Source: a virus
Taxonomy: Duplodnaviria; Heunggongvirae; Uroviricota; Caudoviricetes
IMG/VR virus record: IMGVR_UViG_2744054964_000002
Location: 1-43,041 of that record
DNA: 43,041 nucleotides
Direction: 5' to 3' (one strand)
Of this stretch, positions 16,678 through 23,996 are shown piece by piece (positions within the stretch are counted from its first letter, which is position 1; every line of letters starts with the position of its first letter). The notes beneath the pieces were generated by a model, which did no database searches, was not told the origin of the DNA, and was given only the letters and a program-made list of their open reading frames with translations. The translations under genes and the position numbers were made by a program.

Positions 16678-17033
16678 AAATCTACGACATCACACCAATC
16701 GGCAAGCCTCGCATGACCCGCGCGGATAAGTGGAAGCAGCGTCCACCTGTAATGCGTTACCGCGCTTTTTGCGATGAGGTCCGCCTGCGCAAGTTGACCA
16801 TGCCTGAATCCGGATCACATGTGACATTCGTCCTACCAATGCCACCAAGCTGGAGTAAGAAGAAACGAGCGGAGTTCGCCGGGAAGCCCCACCAGGCCAA
16901 GCCAGACTGCGACAACATGCTGAAAGCCCTGATGGATGCGCTTTATGAGGATGATGCTCACATCTGGGATTGCCGCATCACAAAGGTCTGGGGAGAGAAG
17001 GGGCAGATCATTATTGGGGAGTGCGCGCCGTGA
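16674..17033 (+). CDS. rusA: RusA Holliday-junction resolvase
   Basis: 119-aa ORF; ITPIGKPRMTRADKW...KPDCDNMLKALMDAL matches RusA, including the catalytic Asp-containing DNxxK region. Confidence 0.9.
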   Translation: MKIYDITPIGKPRMTRADKWKQRPPVMRYRAFCDEVRLRKLTMPESGSHVTFVLPMPPSWSKKKRAEFAGKPHQAKPDCDNMLKALMDALYEDDAHIWDCRITKVWGEKGQIIIGECAP

Positions 17034-17142
17034 CCAGAGACGAGATAACCCGATACCAGGCAGAAAGCGTTAAGCGCGCCAGCCTGCCGCCAGTAGCAAA
17101 GCACAGCCAGACCAAAACCAACCAGCCACAGAAGGAAGCCGC

Positions 17143-17832
17143 ATGAACAGTCAGCAACTGGAATACGTACGTCAGCAGCTCATTGTGGCGACCGCAGACC
17201 TCAGCGGGGCGACGAAAGGGCAGCTGGTAGCTTTCGCCGAAAACGCGCAGTTCACCGCGACGGCGCGCAGCCGGGGCAGGAAGAAAATCACCGACCCGGT
17301 CACTGGTCGGAAAGTTAACCCTGACGGCCCGGCGATGAGCGGCAGCCAGTCCCGCGCAAAGGGATCATCTATCGCGCTGGTGGGGCCGGTTGAGTTTGTG
17401 ACCGCATCGTGGCGCCGCGCGGTGCTGTCGCTTGAAGACCACCAGAAAGCATGGCTTCTGTGGAACTACAGCGAGAATATCCGCTTCGAGTACCAGGTGG
17501 CGATAACTCAGTGGGCATGGGCAGAGTTCAGGGAACAGCTCGGCGCGAAGAAAGTGGCGGGCAAGACGATGGAGCGCCTGAAGAAGCTTGTCTGGCTCGC
17601 GGCTCAGGACGTGAAAGCAGAGCTGGCAGGGCGTGAGATGTACGAATATCAGGCGCTGGCGTCGCTGGTTGGCGTAACGCCAAAAAACTGGTCAGAGACC
17701 TTTACTGACCGCTGGGTTGAGATGCGCAGCATCTTCCTGCGACTGGATAGCGGGGCTTTATTGCAGGTTACGCGATCACGTTCACAACAAAAGGCGACAA
17801 ATTTAGACTCAAGTCTTGCAAAACTGGATTGA
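17143..17832 (+). CDS. Putative late-gene antiterminator (Q-like)
   Basis: 229-aa ORF located between rusA and the late promoter/terminator, as Q is in lambdoid phages; assignment by position and general resemblance, not a confident family match. Confidence 0.5.
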   Translation: MNSQQLEYVRQQLIVATADLSGATKGQLVAFAENAQFTATARSRGRKKITDPVTGRKVNPDGPAMSGSQSRAKGSSIALVGPVEFVTASWRRAVLSLEDHQKAWLLWNYSENIRFEYQVAITQWAWAEFREQLGAKKVAGKTMERLKKLVWLAAQDVKAELAGREMYEYQALASLVGVTPKNWSETFTDRWVEMRSIFLRLDSGALLQVTRSRSQQKATNLDSSLAKLD

Positions 17833-17844
17833 AACGCATATATT
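17816..17844 (+). promoter_or_regulatory. Candidate late promoter pR' (with expected qut region just downstream)
   Basis: -35 TTGCAA (17816-17821), 17-nt spacer, -10 TATATT (17839-17844); overlaps the 3' end of the Q-like gene. Confidence 0.5.
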
Positions 17845-17897
17845 TCATGTAAATCTGATATCGTCGCCATAGCTTCGTAGGTCGACAAAGAATTAAG

Positions 17898-17922
17898 AAC
17901 CCGCCATCGAGCGGGTTTTTTG
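17898..17922 (+). terminator. Rho-independent terminator (tR'-like)
   Basis: CCCGC-CATCGA-GCGGG stem-loop followed by TTTTTTG, about 50-70 nt downstream of the candidate pR' start. Confidence 0.65.
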
Positions 17923-18190
17923 TCGAAACTTTGTTTTTATATTTGGATTGTTACGTGCATCAAAAAAGATGATGAATAATCCAAAAAAGCCGTTTTTATG
18001 AGCTTTTAATCCCTTTTTTACTTGTCAAATCTGTAATTGACTCGCTATAGTCTGTTTAGTTCTTTATCAAAAAGACTCTTTTAAAGCCTCGTTTTGAGGC
18101 TTTTCGTGTATTTAAAGACCGTAAATCACTACATCTTGTGTTTGTTGTTTTGTTTTTGAGCTAGATGTAGCTATAACGAGGGACAAAATC

Positions 18191-18391
18191 ATGGGCGCTG
18201 CAGAATTTTACGAAAAAGTAGGTATTAAATCAGAGGAACTCCATAAAGGTGAATCTGTACAACACTATGCTATGCGCGTTCTTGCTCAGCAAGACGACCA
18301 GGCTATACGTAGTGGTGTTCTATACTCCTACAGCACTGTAAGTTCAGTTGAAGCTGTAGAGCAACAATCTCATCAACTGTACTCATATTGA
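18191..18391 (+). CDS. Hypothetical small protein (66 aa); first gene of the Q-lysis junction cassette
   Basis: ATG after GAGGGA RBS; AT-rich leader with promoter-like TTGTCA-18nt-TATAGT (18022-18051) and an 8-bp hairpin (18083-18103); no recognised motif. Confidence 0.5.
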   Translation: MGAAEFYEKVGIKSEELHKGESVQHYAMRVLAQQDDQAIRSGVLYSYSTVSSVEAVEQQSHQLYSY

Positions 18392-18403
18392 TAAAAGAAG
18401 AAC

Positions 18404-19303
18404 ATGCCAAATTGGATAGACGTGTTGGGCGAGATGGGTACTATTGCTCAACGTACACCAGCGGATGAGGTTCGCCACAAGTACTTACGAGAGTTGTCGA
18501 AGCATACAGGCCGAAACGTAATTTCATATTACTCAGGCTTCCTCCAGAAGGGGGGGCCTGGGTTGCAGCATTTAATACAAATGTCAGATGACGATAAAAA
18601 TGGTCTTATGTCAGCCATTAACGGCTTAGACACGTCATTAGGGCTGGATATCTTGCTTCATACCCCAGGGGGAGATATTGCAGCATTGGAATCTATTGGT
18701 CATTATCTTCGTTCAAAATTTGGGACCAATATCCGGGCAATTGTTCCTATGATCTCAATGAGTTGTGGGACCATGTTGGCTTGCTGTGCCGAACAGATTG
18801 TATTGGGCAAACAGTCAAATTTGGGGCCAATTGATCCGCAGCTTGGTGGTTTATCATCTCATGCGATCATAGAAGAGTATGAGCGAGCTAAGAAAGAGAT
18901 TTCTGAAAATGCTGCAGCGATCCAATGGTGGCAATTTACTCTTCAAAAGCTAAACCCGACTCTCATTGGTGAATGTGAAAAGGCTATTGTTTGGGCTAAT
19001 GAAATAGTACAAAAATGGCTGTGTACTGGTATGTTTGCAGGTCATGCTAACGCTCAAGATAAGGCTAAGCGAATTTGTGATGAGCTAAACAATCATCATA
19101 CAACCTATGCGCATGCTAGACATATTCATCTGGATAAAGCGCAAAGCATTGGTTTGAACATTATGGAGCTGGAGAGCGACCAAACTCTGCAGGATCTTGT
19201 GCTGACTATACATCATTGCTACATGCATTCATTTGGTACGAGTCCTGCTGCGAAAATTATTGAAAATCATAATGGCAGCACGATGATGTGGAATATTCGC
19301 TAA
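18404..19303 (+). CDS. ClpP/crotonase-fold serine peptidase-like protein (S49/SDH-like); second cassette gene
   Basis: 299-aa ORF; LLHTPGGDI resembles the xxSPGG oxyanion-hole motif of ClpP/SppA-fold peptidases; candidate nucleophile in MISMSCGTMLA; AT-rich by eye. Family call is motif-based only. Confidence 0.55.
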   Translation: MPNWIDVLGEMGTIAQRTPADEVRHKYLRELSKHTGRNVISYYSGFLQKGGPGLQHLIQMSDDDKNGLMSAINGLDTSLGLDILLHTPGGDIAALESIGHYLRSKFGTNIRAIVPMISMSCGTMLACCAEQIVLGKQSNLGPIDPQLGGLSSHAIIEEYERAKKEISENAAAIQWWQFTLQKLNPTLIGECEKAIVWANEIVQKWLCTGMFAGHANAQDKAKRICDELNNHHTTYAHARHIHLDKAQSIGLNIMELESDQTLQDLVLTIHHCYMHSFGTSPAAKIIENHNGSTMMWNIR

Positions 19304-19326
19304 ACGATATATCCTCGAATCACATA

Positions 19327-19352
19327 AGGCCACCTTCGGGTGGCCTTTTTTA
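19327..19352 (+). terminator. Rho-independent terminator closing the cassette
   Basis: AGGCCACC-TTCG-GGTGGCCT (8-bp stem) followed by TTTTTT. Confidence 0.7.
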
Positions 19353-19397
19353 TTCCCCTCATTCCTGAGAGGACTCACAGCAATAAGAGGGGGCTTA

Positions 19398-19793
19398 ATG
19401 TCCGATCCTGTTTCTGGCACTACGGTCGCGGCTGGTGGCCTGATGGGAGCCAGCGTATTTGGTCTTGCAACCGGTATTGATTATGGCGTGGTATTTGGCG
19501 CATTCGCTGGTGCAGTATTTTATGTAGCGACAGCGGCAAATATCACACGAGTACGATTGATTGCTTACTTCATGACGTCATTCATTGTTGGCGTTCTTGC
19601 CGCTGGACTGGTGGGTTCAAAGCTGTCACAGGCTACCGGGTATAGTGACAGACCATTAGACGCACTTGGTGCTGTTGTAGTGGCGGCGATGACAATCAAA
19701 GTGCTCACATTTTTCAACAGTCAGGATTTGGGAAGCCTGTTCAGTATTCTTTCGCGATTCCGTGGAGGAGGGGCCAGCAATGGTAACAAGTGA
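19398..19793 (+). CDS. Putative holin (multi-pass membrane protein)
   Basis: 131-aa ORF after AGAGGGGG RBS; three hydrophobic segments rich in Gly/Ala; immediately upstream of the endolysin. Confidence 0.65.
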   Translation: MSDPVSGTTVAAGGLMGASVFGLATGIDYGVVFGAFAGAVFYVATAANITRVRLIAYFMTSFIVGVLAAGLVGSKLSQATGYSDRPLDALGAVVVAAMTIKVLTFFNSQDLGSLFSILSRFRGGGASNGNK

Positions 19794-20061
19794 TCCGTCA
19801 GCGATGGTGAATGCAGGTATTTGTGCGGTCATCGTCCTTGTCCTGATGTTCTACCAGCGTGAAGGGGCAAGACATCGCCCCGCTATATCATTGCTGGCGT
19901 ACTTCGTTGTGCTGGTTTATGCCAGCGTTCCATTCCGATATCTGTTCGGCCTCTACCAGGAGTCACACTGGATGGTGGTCATCGTAAACCTTCTTATTTG
20001 CGCTGCCGTGTTATGGGCTCGTGGGAATGTGGCGCGTCTCGTTGATACGCTGAGGCATTAA
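19780..20061 (+). CDS. Second lysis-cassette membrane protein (holin/antiholin-like)
   Basis: 93-aa ORF from ATG 19780 (GGAGGAGGGG RBS), overlapping the holin stop; at least two hydrophobic helices; stop overlaps the endolysin ATG (TAATG). Confidence 0.5.
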   Translation: MVTSDPSAMVNAGICAVIVLVLMFYQREGARHRPAISLLAYFVVLVYASVPFRYLFGLYQESHWMVVIVNLLICAAVLWARGNVARLVDTLRH

Positions 20062-20678
20062 TGAACCAATCACAATTTCAACAGGCGGCTGGTGTAAGCG
20101 CCGGGTTAGCTACGCGCTGGTTTCCGCACATTGACGCGGCAATGAAAGAGTTCGGCATTGTTAAGCCTGAAGACCAGGCAATGTTTATTGCTCAGTCAGG
20201 ACATGAATCAGCGGGATTCTCTGCGCTGGTGGAGAGCTTCAACTACACCCCAGCCGCTCTGCTGACCACATTTGGACGCCGCATTACGAACTATCAGGCA
20301 TATATGCTTGGGCGTGACAAAGAAAAAGGGCACGTAGCCAATCAGCCAGCCATTGCAAATCTGGTGTACAGCAATCGCCTCGGTAACAAAGCATCAGGCG
20401 ATGGGTGGAAATATCGTGGCCGTGGGCTGATTCAGATTACCGGTCTTGATAATTACCGCCGCTGCGGAACGGGATTAAAACTGGATTTAGTCAGTAATCC
20501 TGAGTTGCTGGAAAAGGATATCAACGCGGCACGTTCAGCTGCATGGTTCTACGCCACCAGCGGATGCCTGAGCTATTCCGGCGATCTGGTTCGCATCACC
20601 CAGATCATCAATGGTGGACAGAACGGCATTAACGACCGTCGTGCACGCTACGCCAAAGCAAAAGCCGCACTGGTATGA
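20061..20678 (+). CDS. Endolysin, glycoside hydrolase family 19 (chitinase-like lysozyme)
   Basis: 205-aa ORF; FIAQSGHESAGF and YRGRGLIQITGLDNY are GH19 catalytic-region motifs; high overall similarity by eye to known Salmonella-phage GH19 endolysins. Confidence 0.9.
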   Translation: MNQSQFQQAAGVSAGLATRWFPHIDAAMKEFGIVKPEDQAMFIAQSGHESAGFSALVESFNYTPAALLTTFGRRITNYQAYMLGRDKEKGHVANQPAIANLVYSNRLGNKASGDGWKYRGRGLIQITGLDNYRRCGTGLKLDLVSNPELLEKDINAARSAAWFYATSGCLSYSGDLVRITQIINGGQNGINDRRARYAKAKAALV

Positions 20679-20685
20679 GGTCGCT

Positions 20686-20961
20686 ATGGGACTTGAAATG
20701 ATTATCGGCCTGGCTGTTGCTGTGCTGGCTGCAATTGCAGGTGCTTTTGGTCTGGGTAAATCGCGCGGTACTAACATCGCTGAGACAAAAGCGGACCAGC
20801 AACGCACTGAAGAACGTGCAACAGCTACTGAAGCTGTTGCTGAACGCCGGGTAGAAACAACGAAAGAGGCCAGCAATGTACAGCAGAGTGTTAACCATAT
20901 GCTTGGCGACGATGTTGATCGTGAGCTGCGCAACAACTGGACCCGCCCCGGTAGTCGTTGA
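20686..20961 (+). CDS. i-spanin (Rz-like)
   Basis: 91-aa ORF from ATG 20686; N-terminal TM helix (IIGLAVAVLAAIAGAFGL) then charged coiled-coil region; follows the endolysin. Confidence 0.65.
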   Translation: MGLEMIIGLAVAVLAAIAGAFGLGKSRGTNIAETKADQQRTEERATATEAVAERRVETTKEASNVQQSVNHMLGDDVDRELRNNWTRPGSR

Positions 20962-21127
20962 TACCGCCTGTGATTGGGTAAAGCCCATCTATCTTACTGA
21001 CCACGATATTGCCGTTATGGATAAGCAGACGAAGCGCGACATCCTAGTGCATAACAAAGCATGGAAGGTGAACTGTAATCCCAAAAAGGTAAAGACGAGC
21101 ACTCTAAAATTTGTGGACAAGCCATGA
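20876..21127 (+). CDS. o-spanin (Rz1-like lipoprotein), overlapping the i-spanin in another frame
   Basis: 83-aa ORF starting inside the Rz-like gene; signal/lipobox-like TMLIVSC followed by a Pro-containing mature region. Confidence 0.6.
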   Translation: MYSRVLTICLATMLIVSCATTGPAPVVVDTACDWVKPIYLTDHDIAVMDKQTKRDILVHNKAWKVNCNPKKVKTSTLKFVDKP

Positions 21128-21189
21128 AGTACCCGTTATCCTTTCTATAGGATTCCAAAGGAATACCATAGGAAACCAAAGGTAACATT

Positions 21190-21441
21190 ATGGCAAAAAC
21201 ATATTTCCCCATCGAAGACTCTGTAGAGTTAGTGACAGCATCTAAACCACACCCAAGTAACACGCATTACAAAGTTTCTCGTGGAACTGAAATCTGGGAT
21301 GGTGAAAATGTTGAGGTAATCAAAGTTCAGATGGTTTACAACGGCGAAGTGGCCGGAAGAAGAAGCCCTTCATATCCCGTTGGGACTGATGATTATCAAC
21401 GTGTCCATTTAGCTATAGAAAAAATCATCAGGTCAAGATAA
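21190..21441 (+). CDS. Hypothetical protein (83 aa)
   Basis: ORF preceded by two 15-bp direct repeats (21147-21182) and followed by a terminator. Confidence 0.5.
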   Translation: MAKTYFPIEDSVELVTASKPHPSNTHYKVSRGTEIWDGENVEVIKVQMVYNGEVAGRRSPSYPVGTDDYQRVHLAIEKIIRSR

Positions 21442-21448
21442 AAGCAAA

Positions 21449-21471
21449 AGGTCGCTTAGGCGGCCTTTTTT
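21449..21471 (+). terminator. Rho-independent terminator
   Basis: AGGTCGC-TTAG-GCGGCCT stem (one G-U pair) followed by TTTTTT. Confidence 0.5.
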
Positions 21472-21679
21472 CATCGATAATACATTCACTGGGTTATATC
21501 CAATCCCGTGGTTGAGAGGCATGCTGTATTGCTACTCGACTAACTGCATTACAGAAAGCATTCACTGAGTGCCTGCGATAATGCAAATTGACGGACTCGT
21601 CAGAAATCCTTTACAAAACATGATGTTGAATTAAATTGTTGCGTGGGTTAGCTTGAGGTTAGTTCACACAGGAGGTCAT

Positions 21680-21922
21680 ATGTCACAATCAGCGCTTGCT
21701 ACTGAATTAGAACTCACTGACGATGAGTTGGATTCCATACCTCTATCACCTGAAGACCTTGAGGAGAATACAGGGCATTCAGGCGATATGGTATATGAGT
21801 ACTATTTCTATGTTCCCGATACTACCCCTGAAGATATTCTTAGCAAGAAAGGATGGGAAATAGGTGAGTGTGTTTACTTATCTATTAATGTTTTTGATGA
21901 CCCGGATTCGGAGCAAGAATAG
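21680..21922 (+). CDS. Small highly acidic protein (80 aa)
   Basis: ATG at 21680 after AGGAGG RBS; about 30 percent Asp/Glu (ELELTDDELDSIPLSPEDLEE...DDPDSEQE); own terminator downstream. Confidence 0.5.
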   Translation: MSQSALATELELTDDELDSIPLSPEDLEENTGHSGDMVYEYYFYVPDTTPEDILSKKGWEIGECVYLSINVFDDPDSEQE

Positions 21923-21938
21923 AACGATAAGCATAATG

Positions 21939-21961
21939 CACCGCCTCCGGGCGGTTTTTTT
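21939..21961 (+). terminator. Rho-independent terminator
   Basis: CCGCC-TCCG-GGCGG stem followed by TTTTTTT. Confidence 0.65.
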
Positions 21962-21983
21962 ATGTCAGTACACTGGAGCGTTT

Positions 21984-22622
21984 ATGGCAACACTCAAAGA
22001 CCTTTCTCAGCAATTAAAGAAGGTACAAAAGCAGGTGCCATATGCTACAGCACTAGCTATGACAAAAGTTGTTCGTCAAATAGAAACGGCACAGAAAACA
22101 GCGTTCGAACGACATCTGGAGAGCCCGACACCGTTTACCGTTAAATCAGTTGGTTCGGTGGCGGCAAGGAAGAACAACCTGACTGCAAAGGTTTTTGTCC
22201 GCGATACCGCGGCTGGTTATCTGGAACCATTCGAGTTAGGTGGAGAGCATAAGCTCAATAGCCAAGCGCTATTGAACCCCAAGAACGTCAAGCTAAACAA
22301 ATACGGCAACATGCCGCGTAATAAGCTCTCACAGCTTAAAGCAAAGGAAAATGTATTCGTAGGTGAGGTTGATGGCGTTAACGCTGTCTGGCAGCGTAAG
22401 AAGCCGATGAAAGCTAAGAAGCGACGGGCCAAACGTTCCGCTAACGGGACGCGAAGACCGAAACGCAAACAGCGTTCTCCAAAGCTTTTGATCCGGTTTG
22501 GTGATGCGCTACCTGTGACTCCAGTGCTGGGGTATATGGATAGGGCCCGTACCATGGCGAACGCACTGCTACCGTCTGCTTTAAATCAGGCGATAGCAGA
22601 AGCCATCAGGACGGCAAAATAA
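21984..22622 (+). CDS. Hypothetical protein with basic Lys/Arg-rich segment (212 aa)
   Basis: Internal ATG at 21984 (the upstream part of the track ORF contains the terminator); KKPMKAKKRRAKRSANGTRRPKRKQR basic tract; no confident family. Confidence 0.5.
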   Translation: MATLKDLSQQLKKVQKQVPYATALAMTKVVRQIETAQKTAFERHLESPTPFTVKSVGSVAARKNNLTAKVFVRDTAAGYLEPFELGGEHKLNSQALLNPKNVKLNKYGNMPRNKLSQLKAKENVFVGEVDGVNAVWQRKKPMKAKKRRAKRSANGTRRPKRKQRSPKLLIRFGDALPVTPVLGYMDRARTMANALLPSALNQAIAEAIRTAK

Positions 22623-22632
22623 AAGCAGTAAC

Positions 22633-23136
22633 TTATAAGTTAATTTCGCAAGCTTTTATGAAGCTGTTTACTGCAGTTGTCGATCCAGAAACATTGGCTG
22701 ACATGGAATGCTGGTTTCCGCCATCCTTTGTTTGCACACCAACTAACACTTTGGATTTCGCCCCCTGAAGCTGCTTAAGCACTGTTTTTAGTTGGTCCGC
22801 GTCATCCGATTGAATCTGGAGGCTCTGAACATTACGTCTTGAAAGGGTAGCATCGAGCTTCACTGCGGTATTCCCGTCGACCTTCATTATCAGGTCCATT
22901 GGTACCTCTGATAGTGATTCGGTGCTTTTATCCATTTCAACGTATGCCGCCGATAGCTTTTCTTTAGTGCAGTCAAACACAATGGCGCCATTGTCGGATG
23001 AAACCTCGCCAAGCATCATTGCTTTCTTACCACCAGAGAAAAGGTCATCTTCAGTATTAGTTACCCACTGGGCATGAGCAATTGGTGATGCCAGCACTGC
23101 GGCTACGAAAGTTATTTTGATTATATTGTTACCCAT
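22633..23136 (-). CDS. Secreted hypothetical protein (167 aa), opposite-strand moron between lysis genes and cos
   Basis: ATG at 23134-23136 after AAGGAG RBS; N-terminal signal peptide MGNNIIKITFVAAVLASPIAHA; only minus-strand gene in the late region, in the position bor occupies in lambda. Confidence 0.55.
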   Translation of the reverse strand: MGNNIIKITFVAAVLASPIAHAQWVTNTEDDLFSGGKKAMMLGEVSSDNGAIVFDCTKEKLSAAYVEMDKSTESLSEVPMDLIMKVDGNTAVKLDATLSRRNVQSLQIQSDDADQLKTVLKQLQGAKSKVLVGVQTKDGGNQHSMSANVSGSTTAVNSFIKACEINL

Positions 23137-23229
23137 TACATTCTCCTTGTATTGAATAGGAATAATCATAGTCGGAGCGAATGGTCGAAGCCAATAAAAA
23201 AATGGGTCCTTCCTGAGACTTTTGTAAGG

Positions 23230-23260
23230 TACGGGCATTGCGCGCCGCGGTGTTTTCCTA
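23230..23260. other. Candidate cosN-like region
   Basis: GC-rich GGGCATTGCGCGCCGCGGTGTTTTCCTAGCTA resembles, from memory, the lambda left cohesive end (GGGCGGCGACCTCGCGGGTTTTCGCTA); lies about 170 bp upstream of the small terminase gene. Confidence 0.3.
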
Positions 23261-23279
23261 GCTACAACTTTCAGATTTG

Positions 23280-23427
23280 TGTCCCATGTCCCACCTCTGG
23301 CGATCATTACGGACACCTCGCCAGCTCTGGCTATTCCAGTTTATTCCAGTGGGACATTCTGGTGGGACATGGCAAAAATGTCCCAGGCGAATGTCCCACC
23401 CCAGAAAATGTCCCAGGTGATGTCCCA
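23280..23427 (+). repeat. Array of eight TGTCCCA / TGGGACA heptamers (candidate cosB-type small-terminase binding sites)
   Basis: TGTCCCA at 23280, 23287, 23379, 23392, 23409, 23421; inverted TGGGACA at 23350, 23363; the last copy abuts the terminase small subunit start codon. Confidence 0.6.
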
Positions 23428-23996
23428 TGACCACGATGAACCAGAGTCAGTACGCACAACATTCAGGTGTGGATCGCAAAACAATTGGTCGGTGGATTAA
23501 AGCCGGGCGCTTCATTGTGATGGACGGAGACCTGATTGACGTAGAGGCCAGCGATGCGGCATTGAAGAAAAACCGCGATGGCAAAGACCCGCGCGCCTCG
23601 AACGCGAAGAAAAAGAAAACTCCCGTCGTTAGCGATAACGATGATGACGGTGATGAAATCAATAAAACTGTCCGCCAGATAATGCTCACTGAAGGGGCAG
23701 ATCTTTCGAGAGAGGAAGCGGGACGTATCCGCGAGAATTACATGGCCCTGCAGGCAAAGCTGCAGTATGAAAAAGACAGCGGCCAGCTTATTGAGCTGAC
23801 AGCAGCCGAGGAGGTTTTATTCAACGCCTTTCGCCAACAGCGTGATGCCTGGCTTAACTGGCCGTCCAGGGTGGCGCCGCTAATGGCTGCTGATCTGGAT
23901 GTACCGGCGGACAGGATGACAGAGGTGCTGATTGAACATGTCCACAAACACATCTCAGTCCTCGGAGAGCCAGAGTTTAACCCGGCAGAAGATTGA
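23427..23996 (+). CDS. Terminase small subunit (lambda Nu1-like)
   Basis: 189-aa ORF; N-terminal HTH-like YAQHSGVDRKTIGRWIKAG similar to Nu1 N-terminus; immediately upstream of the large terminase. Confidence 0.75.
   Translation: MTTMNQSQYAQHSGVDRKTIGRWIKAGRFIVMDGDLIDVEASDAALKKNRDGKDPRASNAKKKKTPVVSDNDDDGDEINKTVRQIMLTEGADLSREEAGRIRENYMALQAKLQYEKDSGQLIELTAAEEVLFNAFRQQRDAWLNWPSRVAPLMAADLDVPADRMTEVLIEHVHKHISVLGEPEFNPAED

Noticed and set aside
17030-17146. 38-codon GTG-initiated ORF bridging rusA and the Q-like gene
   Set aside because: Start and stop overlap the neighbouring genes neatly, but it is short, has no clear RBS and a non-ATG start; not reported as a feature.
21864-21983. Upstream extension of track ORF 21864-22622
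   Set aside because: This stretch contains the rho-independent terminator at 21939-21961 and the 3' end of the preceding gene; the ATG at 21984 is the likely start.
23280-23427. Possibility that the TGTCCCA repeat array is a CRISPR array
   Set aside because: Repeat unit is only 7 bp, spacing is irregular, copies occur in both orientations, and the array abuts the small terminase gene; consistent with protein-binding sites, not CRISPR.
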